From Anaeromyxobacter sp. (GTDB lineage Bacteria; Myxococcota; Myxococcia; Myxococcales; Anaeromyxobacteraceae): 64,000 bases of DNA. Of the stretch, positions 33,809-43,472 are shown piece by piece. Every line of letters starts with the position of its first letter. Within the stretch, counting starts at the first letter, position 1. The notes under the pieces were generated by a model. That model was not told where the DNA came from and searched no databases. It saw only the letters and a list, made by a program, of their open reading frames with translations. The stretch is taken from positions 1-64,000 of the forward strand of contig JASGJN010000007.1 of NCBI GenBank assembly GCA_049840735.1, read 5' to 3'. Both the position numbers and the translations under genes were made by a program.

Positions 33809-35500
33809 ATGACCACGCGGACCCTGGCCGCACTGGCCCTGGCCACCCTCCTGGCGCCGCTCGCCGCGCGCGCGGACGCAGACGTCATCATCGTCAACGG
33901 CAACGCGCCCGGCGTCGGCTTCAACGACCCGACCCCGGTGGCGCCGGTGGGCGGAAACCCCGGCACCACGCTGGGTGAGCAGCGGCTCAACGCCTTCCGC
34001 CACGCGGCCGGGATCTGGGGCGCCACGCTCGACAGCCGCCCGGACGTGAACGTGTTCGCCACCTTCGAGCCGCTGACCTGCACCGCCACCTCGGCCGTGC
34101 TCGGCTCGGCCGGCCCCATCTCGGTCTGGACGGACTTCCCAGGCGCGACCTACGCCGCCACCTGGTACCACGCGGCGCTGGCCAACAAGCTGGCCGGCCA
34201 GGACCTGGATCCGACCGCCCCGGAGATCCGGGCCCGCTTCAACTCCAACCTGGGCAGCGCCGGCTGCCTCACCGGCAGCTTCTGGTACCTGGGCTACGAC
34301 ACCCCAGCGCCGGCCGGGCAGCTCTCGCTGGTGGTGGTGTTGCTGCACGAGTTCGCGCACGGCCTGGGCTTCTCGTCGGTGACAAACGTCTCCACCGGCG
34401 CGCTCTTCTTCGGCCAGTCGGACACGTACTCGAAGTTCTACCACGACGAGCTCACCGGCCAGGGCCGGGACGAGATGACCGACGCGCAGCGCCAGGCCTC
34501 CGCGCTCCACTCGCGGCAGGTGGTCTGGAGCGGCCCCCACGTCACCGACGCCGTCCCCGCCGTGCTCAGCCCGGGCACGCCCGTCCTCTCGGTGGTCTCG
34601 GCCGCGCTCACCAGCGACTTCCCGGTGGGCGCCGCCGCCTTCGGGCCGCCGCTCGCCTCGCCCGGCGTGACCGGCCAGATGGTGGCCGCGCTGGACGCCG
34701 CCAACGCCGCGGGGCCGACCACCTTCGACGCCTGCACGCCGCTCACCAACGCGGGCGAGGTGGCGGGCCGCGTCGCGGTGGTGAGCCGCGGCACCTGCGC
34801 CTTCACCGTCAAGGTGAAGAACGCGCAGGACGCCGGGGCCATCGCGGTGGTGGTGGCCGACAACGCCGCCGGCGGCCCGCCCGCCGGGATGGGCGGCGCC
34901 GACGCGAGCATCACCATCCCCTCGGTCCGCGTGACGCTCGACGCCGGCAACGCCATCCGCGCCGCCATCGCGGCCGGGCCGGTGACCGGCACGCTGGGCG
35001 TGGACCCGGGGATCCGCGCCGGCACCACCCGCTCCGGGATGGCCATGCTCTACACGCCCAGCCCGGTGCAGCCCGGCTCGTCGGTCTCGCACTGGGACGA
35101 CAGCACCACGCGCAACCAGCTGATGGAGCCGGCCATCAACACCGACCTGACCACCCACGTGGCGCCGCCCTACGATCTCACGCTGCCGCTGCTGCGCGAC
35201 GTGGGCTGGTACCTGGACCGCGACCTGGACCAGGTGGACGACGACGTGGCCGACCGCTGCCTGGGCTCCGACCTGGGCGGCACGGTGGTGGTGGGCGGGA
35301 TCGACACCGGCGTGCCCAACACGCTCTTCACCGACGGCTGCACCATCGTGGACCGCGTGAACGCCTGCGGCGCCGGCGCCCGCAACCACGGCGCCTACGT
35401 GAGCTGCGTGGCCGGCTGGACCAACGCGCTGCTGGGGGCCGGCTACCTCACCGACGCCCAGAAGGGCGCCATCCAGTCGGCCGCCGCCCGCAACAGGTGA
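33809..35500 (+). CDS. Secreted zinc metalloprotease with PA domain
   Basis: HEFAHGLG, PA domain (SRGTCAFTVKVKNAQDAGAIAVVV), SVSHWD and LMEP motifs. Confidence 0.88.
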   Translation: MTTRTLAALALATLLAPLAARADADVIIVNGNAPGVGFNDPTPVAPVGGNPGTTLGEQRLNAFRHAAGIWGATLDSRPDVNVFATFEPLTCTATSAVLGSAGPISVWTDFPGATYAATWYHAALANKLAGQDLDPTAPEIRARFNSNLGSAGCLTGSFWYLGYDTPAPAGQLSLVVVLLHEFAHGLGFSSVTNVSTGALFFGQSDTYSKFYHDELTGQGRDEMTDAQRQASALHSRQVVWSGPHVTDAVPAVLSPGTPVLSVVSAALTSDFPVGAAAFGPPLASPGVTGQMVAALDAANAAGPTTFDACTPLTNAGEVAGRVAVVSRGTCAFTVKVKNAQDAGAIAVVVADNAAGGPPAGMGGADASITIPSVRVTLDAGNAIRAAIAAGPVTGTLGVDPGIRAGTTRSGMAMLYTPSPVQPGSSVSHWDDSTTRNQLMEPAINTDLTTHVAPPYDLTLPLLRDVGWYLDRDLDQVDDDVADRCLGSDLGGTVVVGGIDTGVPNTLFTDGCTIVDRVNACGAGARNHGAYVSCVAGWTNALLGAGYLTDAQKGAIQSAAARNR

Positions 35501-35586
35501 AGTCCGCCGCCCGTCCGCCCGGGGCCTCGGCTCCCGGGCGGGCGGTGCGGCCCCCTTCCGTTCCCGGTGAGCCGAGCCCGTTCGCC

Positions 35587-37872
35587 TCAGCCGGCCTCGG
35601 CCTGGCGCCGCCGGCTGTGCGCCCACCAGCCCAGCGCCACGAAGGCCACCTCGACCACCAGCACCAGCACCATCCAGAAGACGATGGGCGAGTCGCCCAT
35701 GCCGTAGGCGTGCATGCCCGTGCCCAGCACGAAGTTCACGCCCAGGTAGGTCATGAGGATGGTCTGGAAGGCCAGGATGCCGATGGCGGCCACGCCGAAC
35801 TCGCCCAGCAGCTTCTCCACCTTGCCGTGGAGGATGGCCATGTAGGCGAGGAAGGCGACCAGCGACCAGACCTCCTTCGGATCCCAGCCCCAGTACCGGC
35901 CCCAGGAGGACGCCGCCCAGACCGAGCCGGTCAGGATGCCGGCCAGCAGCAGGATGTTCCCCACGTGCATGTACCAGTAGTTGAGGCCGTACAGGTGCGA
36001 GGCCAGCTCCTTCTGCTTCGGGGCGAAGATGGCGCAGCCCACCTGCACGTGCGCGATCACCATGCTCAGGGCCAGCACCGCGTAGCCGACCATGATGATG
36101 GGCACGTGGATGGCCAGCCAGGGCGTGCCGGTGAGCACCGGCGCGATCGGGTGGATGAAGCCGTCCATCGGCAACAGGTCGGTGAGCGCCATGGTCAGCG
36201 CGGCCATGCCGCAGGCGTTGGCGACCACCAGCCGGTTGCGCAGCACGGCGAAGGCCAGCACGGCGAACAGCCCCACGCCCCAGGCCAGGAAGAGGAGCGA
36301 CTCGTACATGTTGGCGGCCGGGATCCGGTCGCCCACCTGCCAGCGCACCCAGATGCCCCAGCTCATCACGCCGAAGCCGGCGACCAGGCCGAGCAGCGAG
36401 ACCACGTCCAGCGCGCGCGAGCGGCGCACCCAGGCGGCGATGGAGACCAGCAGCGCGCCCAGCAGGACCAGCCAGGCGACGCGGCTGGGCCGGGAGGCGT
36501 TGTAGGAGAGCTCGCGCTCGACGGCCACGGCGCTGGGCCAGCCGGTCAGGCGCGGGCCGCGGGCCAGCTGCGCCAGGTCGGCGGCGGTGGCGAAGGGGGC
36601 CACGCCCCAGCGGGCGCGGGGATCGCCGGCCACCGGGATGACCCGGACGGCCTCGTGGCGCAGGTAGTCCTCCAGCTCGTTGGCGCGCTCGACCGCCTTC
36701 TCGGCCGCGGCCAGGACGCCGGTGCGCTTCACGCCCTGCCGCTCCAGCAGGTGGGCCTGGCCGAGCAGCTTGCGCAGCTCCGCGCTCCCGGCCAGCTCCT
36801 GGTAGGAGACGTGGTCGGTGGCGAGCCCGAGCTGGCGGACCAGCGCCCGGTCCAGCTTGATGACGCGCTCGGTGGCCGTGGACGTCCCGTAGAGCCAGCG
36901 GGTGGCGGTGAGGACCGGGTCCTCGCCCTGGAAGCGGCGCTGGCCGGTGATCTTCCAGACGGCCTCGCGGGCCTGCGTGTCGAGCGGCATGGTCCGCCCG
37001 TCGTGCTGGACGGGCACCCGCCGCAGCGCCTCCAGGTCGGCCGGGGAGACCGCGTCGGCGCGCGCGGCGCCGCCGAGCCCCAGCCCGAGCAGCACCGCCG
37101 CCACCACGCCGGCGCGGCCGGCGCGGGCCGAGGCGCGCTCCCTCGCCTCCGCCTGGGCGGCGGCCTTCTCGCGCTCCTGCGAGATGCGGGTGGCGAGGAC
37201 CACCACCATGCCCACCAGCAGCAGCGCGTAGCCGGCGAAGGCCACCGGCTGCCCCGGATCGCGGGAGACCTCGAAGGTGGAGGACTCGCGGCCGCCGTCC
37301 TGGTCGTAGCTGGACTGGAACAGCGTGAAGCCCTGGACGTGCAGGGGGTGGTTCATCCAGATGCGCTCGGCGGTGGTGACGCCGGTGGCCTTGTCGGTGA
37401 CCTGGACCAGGCTGCGGAACTGGGCCGGGCGCATGGTGCCGGGGTAGCGATCGAGCTGGAAGTCGTCCAGCTTCACGGTGAAGGGCAGCTCGACCCGCCC
37501 GATGGGCTGGCCGCCGTCCACGACCACGAACTGGTCGCTCGCCTCGCCCTCCCACAGCGGCAGCCGGCCCGAGACGCCGAACGCCCAGGTGAGGATGGCG
37601 CCGGCCAGCGTCACCAGGATGCCGGCGTGGGTGAGGAGGAAGCCGATGCGCCACCTGCCCCAGGGGAAGTGGACGATGATGGAGGCCAGCACGTTCACCG
37701 CGAAGGCGGCCTGCAGCGCGATGAACCACCAGCTGTAGTAGACCGCCGCCTGGGCCAGCTCGGCGCCGCGGGTGGACTCGATGATGGTGCCGGTCGCCAG
37801 CCCGATCAGCAGCAGGACGAGCAGGACGACGGCGAGCTTGAGCGAGGCGATGGTGCGGAGGGTCTGGGTCAT
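35587..37872 (-). CDS. ccsBA: Cytochrome c biogenesis system II ResB-CcsA fusion protein
   Basis: ResB part (LTHAG, IWMNHPL, LFQSSYD) and WWD domain (GSVWAASSWGRYWGWDPKEVWS, GMHAYG). Confidence 0.93.
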   Translation of the reverse strand: MTQTLRTIASLKLAVVLLVLLLIGLATGTIIESTRGAELAQAAVYYSWWFIALQAAFAVNVLASIIVHFPWGRWRIGFLLTHAGILVTLAGAILTWAFGVSGRLPLWEGEASDQFVVVDGGQPIGRVELPFTVKLDDFQLDRYPGTMRPAQFRSLVQVTDKATGVTTAERIWMNHPLHVQGFTLFQSSYDQDGGRESSTFEVSRDPGQPVAFAGYALLLVGMVVVLATRISQEREKAAAQAEARERASARAGRAGVVAAVLLGLGLGGAARADAVSPADLEALRRVPVQHDGRTMPLDTQAREAVWKITGQRRFQGEDPVLTATRWLYGTSTATERVIKLDRALVRQLGLATDHVSYQELAGSAELRKLLGQAHLLERQGVKRTGVLAAAEKAVERANELEDYLRHEAVRVIPVAGDPRARWGVAPFATAADLAQLARGPRLTGWPSAVAVERELSYNASRPSRVAWLVLLGALLVSIAAWVRRSRALDVVSLLGLVAGFGVMSWGIWVRWQVGDRIPAANMYESLLFLAWGVGLFAVLAFAVLRNRLVVANACGMAALTMALTDLLPMDGFIHPIAPVLTGTPWLAIHVPIIMVGYAVLALSMVIAHVQVGCAIFAPKQKELASHLYGLNYWYMHVGNILLLAGILTGSVWAASSWGRYWGWDPKEVWSLVAFLAYMAILHGKVEKLLGEFGVAAIGILAFQTILMTYLGVNFVLGTGMHAYGMGDSPIVFWMVLVLVVEVAFVALGWWAHSRRRQAEAG

Positions 37873-37952
37873 GTCCTTCCTCGTGAAACCCGTTCGCCCG
37901 GGCGTAGCGAGCCGGCAGGCTCGCGGACTGCCAGGGGCGGCGCCGCGGGCGT

Positions 37953-37970
37953 AAGCAGGCCCCGGGCCAA
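37953..37970 (-). promoter_or_regulatory. Putative sigma54 promoter of ccsBA
   Basis: TTGGCCCGGGGCCTGCTT = GG-N10-GC. Confidence 0.45.
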
Positions 37971-38018
37971 CACGCGCATGGGAGGAACCGCCCGTCCCGC
38001 CAGGCTGTTCCGGCAAAT

Positions 38019-38057
38019 CGGCCCCTGATCCGCGCGCGGAGCGTGGATCAGGGGCCG
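38019..38057. terminator. 17-bp inverted repeat downstream of ferritin (terminator or protein-binding site)
   Basis: CGGCCCCTGATCCGCGC-GCGGA-GCGTGGATCAGGGGCCG. Confidence 0.5.
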
Positions 38058-38143
38058 GCCGGCGCTCGCCGTGGGTGAAGGTGCCGCCGCCCTGACGCGC
38101 AAAACCGTCACGTCCGCGCAGGGCTTGCGGGCCGGGGCGCGGC

Positions 38144-38641
38144 TCACCCCTCCTTGCCGCGCTTGCCCATCCGCGAGTCGAGGTACCAGATGCCGCCGCC
38201 CTGGTCGCCGACCGCGTGCAGGTGGTCCACGATCTGGCCGACGGTGGCCTCCTCCTCCACCTGCTCGGTCACGTACCACTGCAGCGTGATCTCGCTGGCG
38301 TAGTCCTTCTCCGTGCGGGCCAGCGCGAAGAGCGCCGAGATCCGCTCGGTGATCGTCTTCTCGTGCGCCAGCACCTGCTCGAACACCTGGATCACCCCGC
38401 CGTACTCCGAGGCCGGCGCCGCCACCGGCCGCAGCTCCAGCTTGCCGCCGCGGTCGAGCAGGAAGTCGATCAGCTTGACGGCGTGGGCGGTCTCCTCGCC
38501 GGCCTGCACCCGCAGCCAGTGGGCGAAGCCGCGGAAGCTCCGACCCTCGCAGGCGGCGCTCATGGCCAGGTAGAGCTGGGCTGAGTACTGCTCGATGTTG
38601 ATCTGGGCGTTGAGCGCGTCCTGCATGGTCTTGCTGATCAT
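38144..38641 (-). CDS. ftnA: Non-heme ferritin
   Basis: LNAQINIEQYSAQLYLAMS, EETAHA, HEKTIT and LQWYVTEQVEEE (ferroxidase ligands). Confidence 0.95.
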   Translation of the reverse strand: MISKTMQDALNAQINIEQYSAQLYLAMSAACEGRSFRGFAHWLRVQAGEETAHAVKLIDFLLDRGGKLELRPVAAPASEYGGVIQVFEQVLAHEKTITERISALFALARTEKDYASEITLQWYVTEQVEEEATVGQIVDHLHAVGDQGGGIWYLDSRMGKRGKEG

Positions 38642-38659
38642 GGCTGCTCCTCTGGTGGG

Positions 38660-38902
38660 TTAGCCCAGATAGTCCCTGGGCGGGGGCGGGGGAAAGGTGC
38701 CCGGAGGGGGCGGGCTCCGGGAGAGACGGATCGGCCCATCGCCCGCTCCGCGGCCGGGGCCGCAGCTGGAGGCCGCGCCGGAGCCCTTCCCGCAGCCGCC
38801 GGAGCAGCCGGCGCACGATCCCGCGCCGCGCAGCGTGCGCACCAGCAGCCAGCCGGCGAGCCCCAGCACCACCGCGCTGATGAGCAGATCGGTCGGGCCC
38901 AC
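38660..38902 (-). CDS. FeoB-associated Cys-rich membrane protein
   Basis: One TM segment followed by SCAGCSGGC; lies directly after feoB. Confidence 0.8.
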   Translation of the reverse strand: MGPTDLLISAVVLGLAGWLLVRTLRGAGSCAGCSGGCGKGSGAASSCGPGRGAGDGPIRLSRSPPPPGTFPPPPPRDYLG

Positions 38903-38903
38903 G

Positions 38904-41099
38904 TCAGCCTCCCAGCCCGAGCCAGGTGCCGCCCTGGAAGATCACCAGCGCCGCCGCCCAGGCCACCGCGGTCTGCCAGGCGAAGGCCACGCCGAACCAG
39001 CGCCACCCGCCCAGCTCCTGGCGCATGGCGATGGCCACCACCACGCAGGGCATGTAGAGCAGCACGAAGACCATGAAGGCGATGGCGGAGAGCGGCGTGA
39101 AGGACCGGCGCAAGGCCTCCTCCAGCGGCCCGGGCTCCTCCTCCGGCTCGAGCGAGAAGGAGGCCAGGCCGAAGGTGGTGACCACGTTCCGGCCGGCCTG
39201 CTGGAAGGCCTCGCCCAGCGAGGTGACCATCCCGCCCAGCTCCTCGCCCACCGTGGGGGCCGGCCCTTCCTCCTCCGCCCCGGCGGCGGGCGCGTAGATC
39301 TCGGACATCGTGCCCACCACGATCTCCTTGGCGATGATCCCGGTCAGCAGCGAAGAGGCCGCCTCCCAGGTGCCGAACCCGATGGGCCGGAGCGCCGGGG
39401 CCACGGCCTGGCCGGCCTGGCCCAGGTAGGAGTCGCGCTTGTGCTCCACGCCCCAGGGCAGGTGGAGCGCGAACCAGACCAGCACCGAGACGGCCAGGAT
39501 GTAGGTGCCGGCCTTGTGCAGGAAGTGCTTCCCCTTCTCCCAGGTGTGGATGGAGACGCTGCGCAGGCTGGGGAGCCGGTAGGGCGGCAGCTCCATGATG
39601 AAGGCCGGGGCCTGGCCGCGGAAGAGCGTGTGCTTGAAGACCAGGCCGGTGACCACCGCCAGGGCGATGCCGACCACGTAGAGCGCCCAGACCACGGTCC
39701 CGGCCCGCCCCGGGAAGAAGACGGCCGCGAAGAGCACGTAGACCGGCAGGCGGGCGCCGCAGGACATGAAGGGCACCAGCAGCGAGGTCAGGACGCGGTC
39801 GCGGTGGGACTCGAGCGTTCGGGTGGCGTAGATGCCCGGCACGTTGCAGCCGAAGCCGAGCACCAGCGGGATGAAGGACTTCCCGTGCAGCCCGATGGCG
39901 TGCATGGCGCGGTCCATGACGAAGGCGGCCCGGGCCATGTAGCCGCTGGCCTCCAGCACGGTGATGAAGAACATCATGGCGAAGATGACCGGCACGAAGA
40001 CCAGCACGAACCCCACGCCGGCGATGACGCCGTCCTGGGCCAGCGAGCGGGTCCAGTCCGGCGCGCCCAGCGCGGCCAGCCCCACCGCCGCCCAGCGCTT
40101 CAGCGGGCCGTTGGCGATCCCGTCGATCCAGTCGCCGAACGGGGCCGACAGGTCGAAGGTGAGCTTCAGCACCAGCCACATGAGCGCCAGGAAGATGGGG
40201 ATGCCCAGGAACCGGTTGAGCACCACCTTGTCGATGCGCTCGGTCAGCTCGACCCGCGGCCGCTCGGGGCGGCGCACCACCTCGCGGGCCAGCCCGGCCG
40301 CCACGCCGTAGCGCGCCTCCGCCAGCAGCCCCTCGCCGTCGTCGCCGTGGGCGCGGCGCAGGTGATCGAGCGGACCGTCCAGCAGGGCGGCGGCATCGGC
40401 CCCGAGCCCGGCCAGCACCCGCGGATCGCCCTCGATGCACTTGAGCGCCAGCCAGCGGCGCGGCGGCGCGCCCTCCTGGGCCGGCGCGAGCCGCTCCAGC
40501 CGGTCGGCCACGCCGCGGGCGGCCTCCTCCAGGTCCGGGCCGTAGGCGGGCGCGGCCGGCGGGGGGCGCCCGGCGGCGGCGACCGCCGCGTCCAGCAGCG
40601 CCCCGAGCCCCTCGCGCCGGGTGGCGGAGGTGGGGATCACCGGCGCGCCCAGCCGCTCCGACATCCCGGCGACGTCGATGCGGATGCCCTTGGCCAGCGC
40701 CTCGTCGTGGACGTTGAGGGCCACCACCACCGGCAGCCCCAGCTCCAGGAGCTGGACCGTCAGGTAGAGGTTCCGCTCCAGGTTGGTGGCGTCCACCACG
40801 TTGACCACCACGTCCGGCCGCTCCAGCACCAGGTGATCGCGGGCGACCACCTCCTCCTGCGAGTGGGGCGAGAGCGAGTAGGTGCCGGGCAGGTCCACCA
40901 GCCGGATGGGCTGGCCGCCGTGGTCCAGATCGGCCTCGGCCTTGGCCACGGTGACGCCGGCGTAGTTGCCGACGTGGAGCCGGGTGCCGGCCAGGGCGTT
41001 GATGAGCGTGGACTTGCCGGAGTTGGGGTTGCCGGCCACCGCCACCACCAGGCGGCGGGCCGGCGGGGCGGCCGGGGCGAGCTGGGCGGCGGCGCTCAC
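38904..41099 (-). CDS. feoB: Ferrous iron transporter B
   Basis: GNPNSGKS, DLPGTYSL, DATNLERNLYL, GFGCNVP, PFMSCGARLPVY and LYMPCV motifs. Confidence 0.97.
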   Translation of the reverse strand: MSAAAQLAPAAPPARRLVVAVAGNPNSGKSTLINALAGTRLHVGNYAGVTVAKAEADLDHGGQPIRLVDLPGTYSLSPHSQEEVVARDHLVLERPDVVVNVVDATNLERNLYLTVQLLELGLPVVVALNVHDEALAKGIRIDVAGMSERLGAPVIPTSATRREGLGALLDAAVAAAGRPPPAAPAYGPDLEEAARGVADRLERLAPAQEGAPPRRWLALKCIEGDPRVLAGLGADAAALLDGPLDHLRRAHGDDGEGLLAEARYGVAAGLAREVVRRPERPRVELTERIDKVVLNRFLGIPIFLALMWLVLKLTFDLSAPFGDWIDGIANGPLKRWAAVGLAALGAPDWTRSLAQDGVIAGVGFVLVFVPVIFAMMFFITVLEASGYMARAAFVMDRAMHAIGLHGKSFIPLVLGFGCNVPGIYATRTLESHRDRVLTSLLVPFMSCGARLPVYVLFAAVFFPGRAGTVVWALYVVGIALAVVTGLVFKHTLFRGQAPAFIMELPPYRLPSLRSVSIHTWEKGKHFLHKAGTYILAVSVLVWFALHLPWGVEHKRDSYLGQAGQAVAPALRPIGFGTWEAASSLLTGIIAKEIVVGTMSEIYAPAAGAEEEGPAPTVGEELGGMVTSLGEAFQQAGRNVVTTFGLASFSLEPEEEPGPLEEALRRSFTPLSAIAFMVFVLLYMPCVVVAIAMRQELGGWRWFGVAFAWQTAVAWAAALVIFQGGTWLGLGG

Positions 41100-41323
41100 G
41101 GCACCACCTCCACGGCGATCCCCTGCGCCTCGGCCTTCCGCAGCGACAGGTGGTAGCTGCGGATGGAGATCTCGATGGGATCGCCCAGCGGCGCCACCTT
41201 CTCCACCGCCACCTCCTGGCCCGCCAGCACGCCCATGTCCATCAGCCGCCGCCGCATGGGGCCAATGGCCCCCACCGAAGTGATCCGCGCCCGCCGTCCG
41301 GGCTCGAGCTCTGCCAGGTTCAT
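41096..41323 (-). CDS. feoA: Ferrous iron transport protein A
   Basis: RRRLMDMGV, KVAPLGDPIEI and LSLRKAEA motifs. Confidence 0.95.
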   Translation of the reverse strand: MNLAELEPGRRARITSVGAIGPMRRRLMDMGVLAGQEVAVEKVAPLGDPIEISIRSYHLSLRKAEAQGIAVEVVP

Positions 41324-41324
41324 G

Positions 41325-41537
41325 TCAGGTCCTCACCGTGATGCGCATGGCCACGCCGCGGTCCACCGCGATGCGTGCGCCGTCGATCTTCACCAGCACC
41401 GGGCCGCCGCCGTTCGCCAGCACGCGCACGCGCACGCCGGCCTGCAGCCCCACCGCGCGCGCCGCGGGCGCCGCCGCGCCGGACACGGACACGATCTCCG
41501 CCGCCTCGCCGTCGGCGAGCAGTCCCAGGGGAACCAT
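41325..41537 (-). CDS. feoA: Second FeoA-domain protein
   Basis: GLQAGVRVRV, GPVLVKIDGARIAVDRGVAMRI. Confidence 0.85.
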   Translation of the reverse strand: MVPLGLLADGEAAEIVSVSGAAAPAARAVGLQAGVRVRVLANGGGPVLVKIDGARIAVDRGVAMRITVRT

Positions 41538-41548
41538 GGGGGCCTCGC

Positions 41549-42322
41549 TCAGAGCGCGACGGTGAGCTGCACCACGCCCAGCGGGTCGGCGTGCGCGCCG
41601 GCCACCCGGAACAGCCCGCCGAACATCAGGGCGGTGGCCTCGCCCAGCTGCGCCTTCAGGCTGGGGCCGAGGCTCAGGCAGTCGTCGTCGGCGCCCGTGT
41701 CGCCGGCCAGCTCCAGCAGCGCGTGCCAGCGGCTGCCCAGGGCCAGCGCCCCGGAGAGACCGCCGTGGGCGTGCGGCTGCCAGCCGTCCACCGGCGAGGC
41801 CAGCTGGGCCGAGGCCCGCACCGTGATCCCGCCGAGCGGCTGCATCAGGCCCAGGGCCAGCCCGCCCTCCTGGACGCCGTCCTGCTCGAAGGTGCCCATC
41901 CAGTCGGCCGAGGCGGAGAGCGTGAGGCCGGTCTCGCCGCCGTCCAGGACCAGGACCTTCAGCGACGCGGCCGGGTCCACCAGCCGATCCCCGTCCGGCG
42001 AGAGGCCGACGTCGGCGGTGAACCCGGCCCGCCCCCCCAGCGCCTGCGCCAGCTGGAAGCCGGGGGCGACGCGGAGGGTGCGGTGGCCGTCGCCGTCGTC
42101 GGGCGCGGCGCGCTCGAAGGAGGCAGCCACGTTCAGCTCGGTCCCGCCCGGCGGGAGGGTGTCGGGCAGGAAGAGCGCCTCGGCCACCACGCCGGCGGGG
42201 CCGGGCGGCGGCGCCAGCTCGACGGCGCGGCTGACCTCGACCGAGTCGATCAGGTCCTGCGCGAGCGCGGGCAGGGCGAGGAGGGTGGCGAGCAGCGCGA
42301 GGGGGCGGTGGATGGCGGTCAT
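41549..42322 (-). CDS. Secreted, probable outer-membrane beta-barrel protein heading the feo operon
   Basis: Signal peptide (PLALLATLLALPALAQ), alternating amphipathic beta-strand pattern, C-terminal strand VVQLTVAL; 11 bp from feoA. Confidence 0.65.
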   Translation of the reverse strand: MTAIHRPLALLATLLALPALAQDLIDSVEVSRAVELAPPPGPAGVVAEALFLPDTLPPGGTELNVAASFERAAPDDGDGHRTLRVAPGFQLAQALGGRAGFTADVGLSPDGDRLVDPAASLKVLVLDGGETGLTLSASADWMGTFEQDGVQEGGLALGLMQPLGGITVRASAQLASPVDGWQPHAHGGLSGALALGSRWHALLELAGDTGADDDCLSLGPSLKAQLGEATALMFGGLFRVAGAHADPLGVVQLTVAL

Positions 42323-42340
42323 GGTTGGGGCGTCCGGATA

Positions 42341-42442
42341 GCGAGAGTCGTTCTCAACAACGACCCGGACGTTAGGCGACCCGGGGACCCCCATCCCTGA
42401 TCACGGTCAAGCCCATGTCGTTTTGTTGAAACTCGGTGTCGA
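42341..42442. promoter_or_regulatory. Two putative Fur-type operators upstream of the feo operon
   Basis: TTGAGAACGACTCTCGC (- strand, 42357-42341) and TTGAAACTCGGTGTCGA (42426-42442), in a locally AT-richer region. Confidence 0.55.
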
Positions 42443-42620
42443 TTGTCCCTGCCGGCATGCGCAGGAAAACCGGCGCTGGGCGCAAAAGTCGAGCGATCGC
42501 AGCCGGATGGTGCGTGTGGGTTCGCGAGATCGGGTCGCGATGGCCCGGGTTGAGAACCGTTCGACCGGAGGTGGGCGCAGGCCGGCGAGGTCTCGGCGCG
42601 CGGCGCAGGGCGCTCCGCCG

Positions 42621-42854
42621 TCAGTCCTCGAGCAGCGCCTCGAGCGCGTCGATGAGCCGGAGCCCGTTCACGCGCACCGGCCCGGTGCCGGCGCCGGGCA
42701 GCCCCAGCCGCAGCCAGCCCGGCTCCGGATCCGCGCCGACCGTGACCGGCGCGTCGTGCGGGCGTTCACGGAGCGTCACCAGCAGCGCCAGGCCGTTGCC
42801 CTCTCCCTCCGCCGCCTCCGACCGCTCCCGACCGGCCTCGCCGCCCTCGAGCAT
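42621..42854 (-). CDS. Small hypothetical protein (77 aa)
   Basis: GGAGGG RBS before the ATG; plausible codon usage; ends LRLIDALEALLED. Confidence 0.45.
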   Translation of the reverse strand: MLEGGEAGRERSEAAEGEGNGLALLVTLRERPHDAPVTVGADPEPGWLRLGLPGAGTGPVRVNGLRLIDALEALLED

Positions 42855-43472
42855 CTCGCGCCCTCCGCGCCGGCGACCGGCTGCCCGGCGGAAGGGCCGG
42901 GCGAGCAGGCGATCGCCAACGGCCAAGCTACACAGTCCCGGCTTCGCTCGACACGTCACGCGATGGCGAGACAGGCGAACGCGTGCAGGCGCGGCGCGCA
43001 CCCCGTCGTCGGCGCGCGCACGTGGGGCTACGTGCGGCCCCGCCGGGCGCGGTCCAGCGCTGCGGTGTGGGCAGGTGGTCCGCCGGCGGGCCATCGCTGG
43101 GAGCCGCGAGGCCGTCGCCCCGAACCTCCCGCCCAGGACGGCGGGCCGACCGCCCCGGTGGAACGACCCAGCGTGAAGCAAGCGCCGGACCGGAGGCACG
43201 GGTAGGGGGCCGCCCTCCGGCCGGGCGCAGCGTTCGGGAGACACCGAAACGCTGCGGGCGATCCTGCGGTGAGGTGCCCGCAAGGATTCTTTGGTGGCCC
43301 GCCCGCGCCGGCGCCAGGCAACCGATGGGCTCTCTCCGAACGGCGGTCACTCAGCGTGACGCCCCCGATCACCGAGGGTGCACGCAGCCCCACGGGCGCC
43401 CGGGGCGGGAGGGGGAGGGCGTGCCAGGGGCTGTCGCGATTCGCTACACCGGGGCGACGTCCCACGCGCCGT

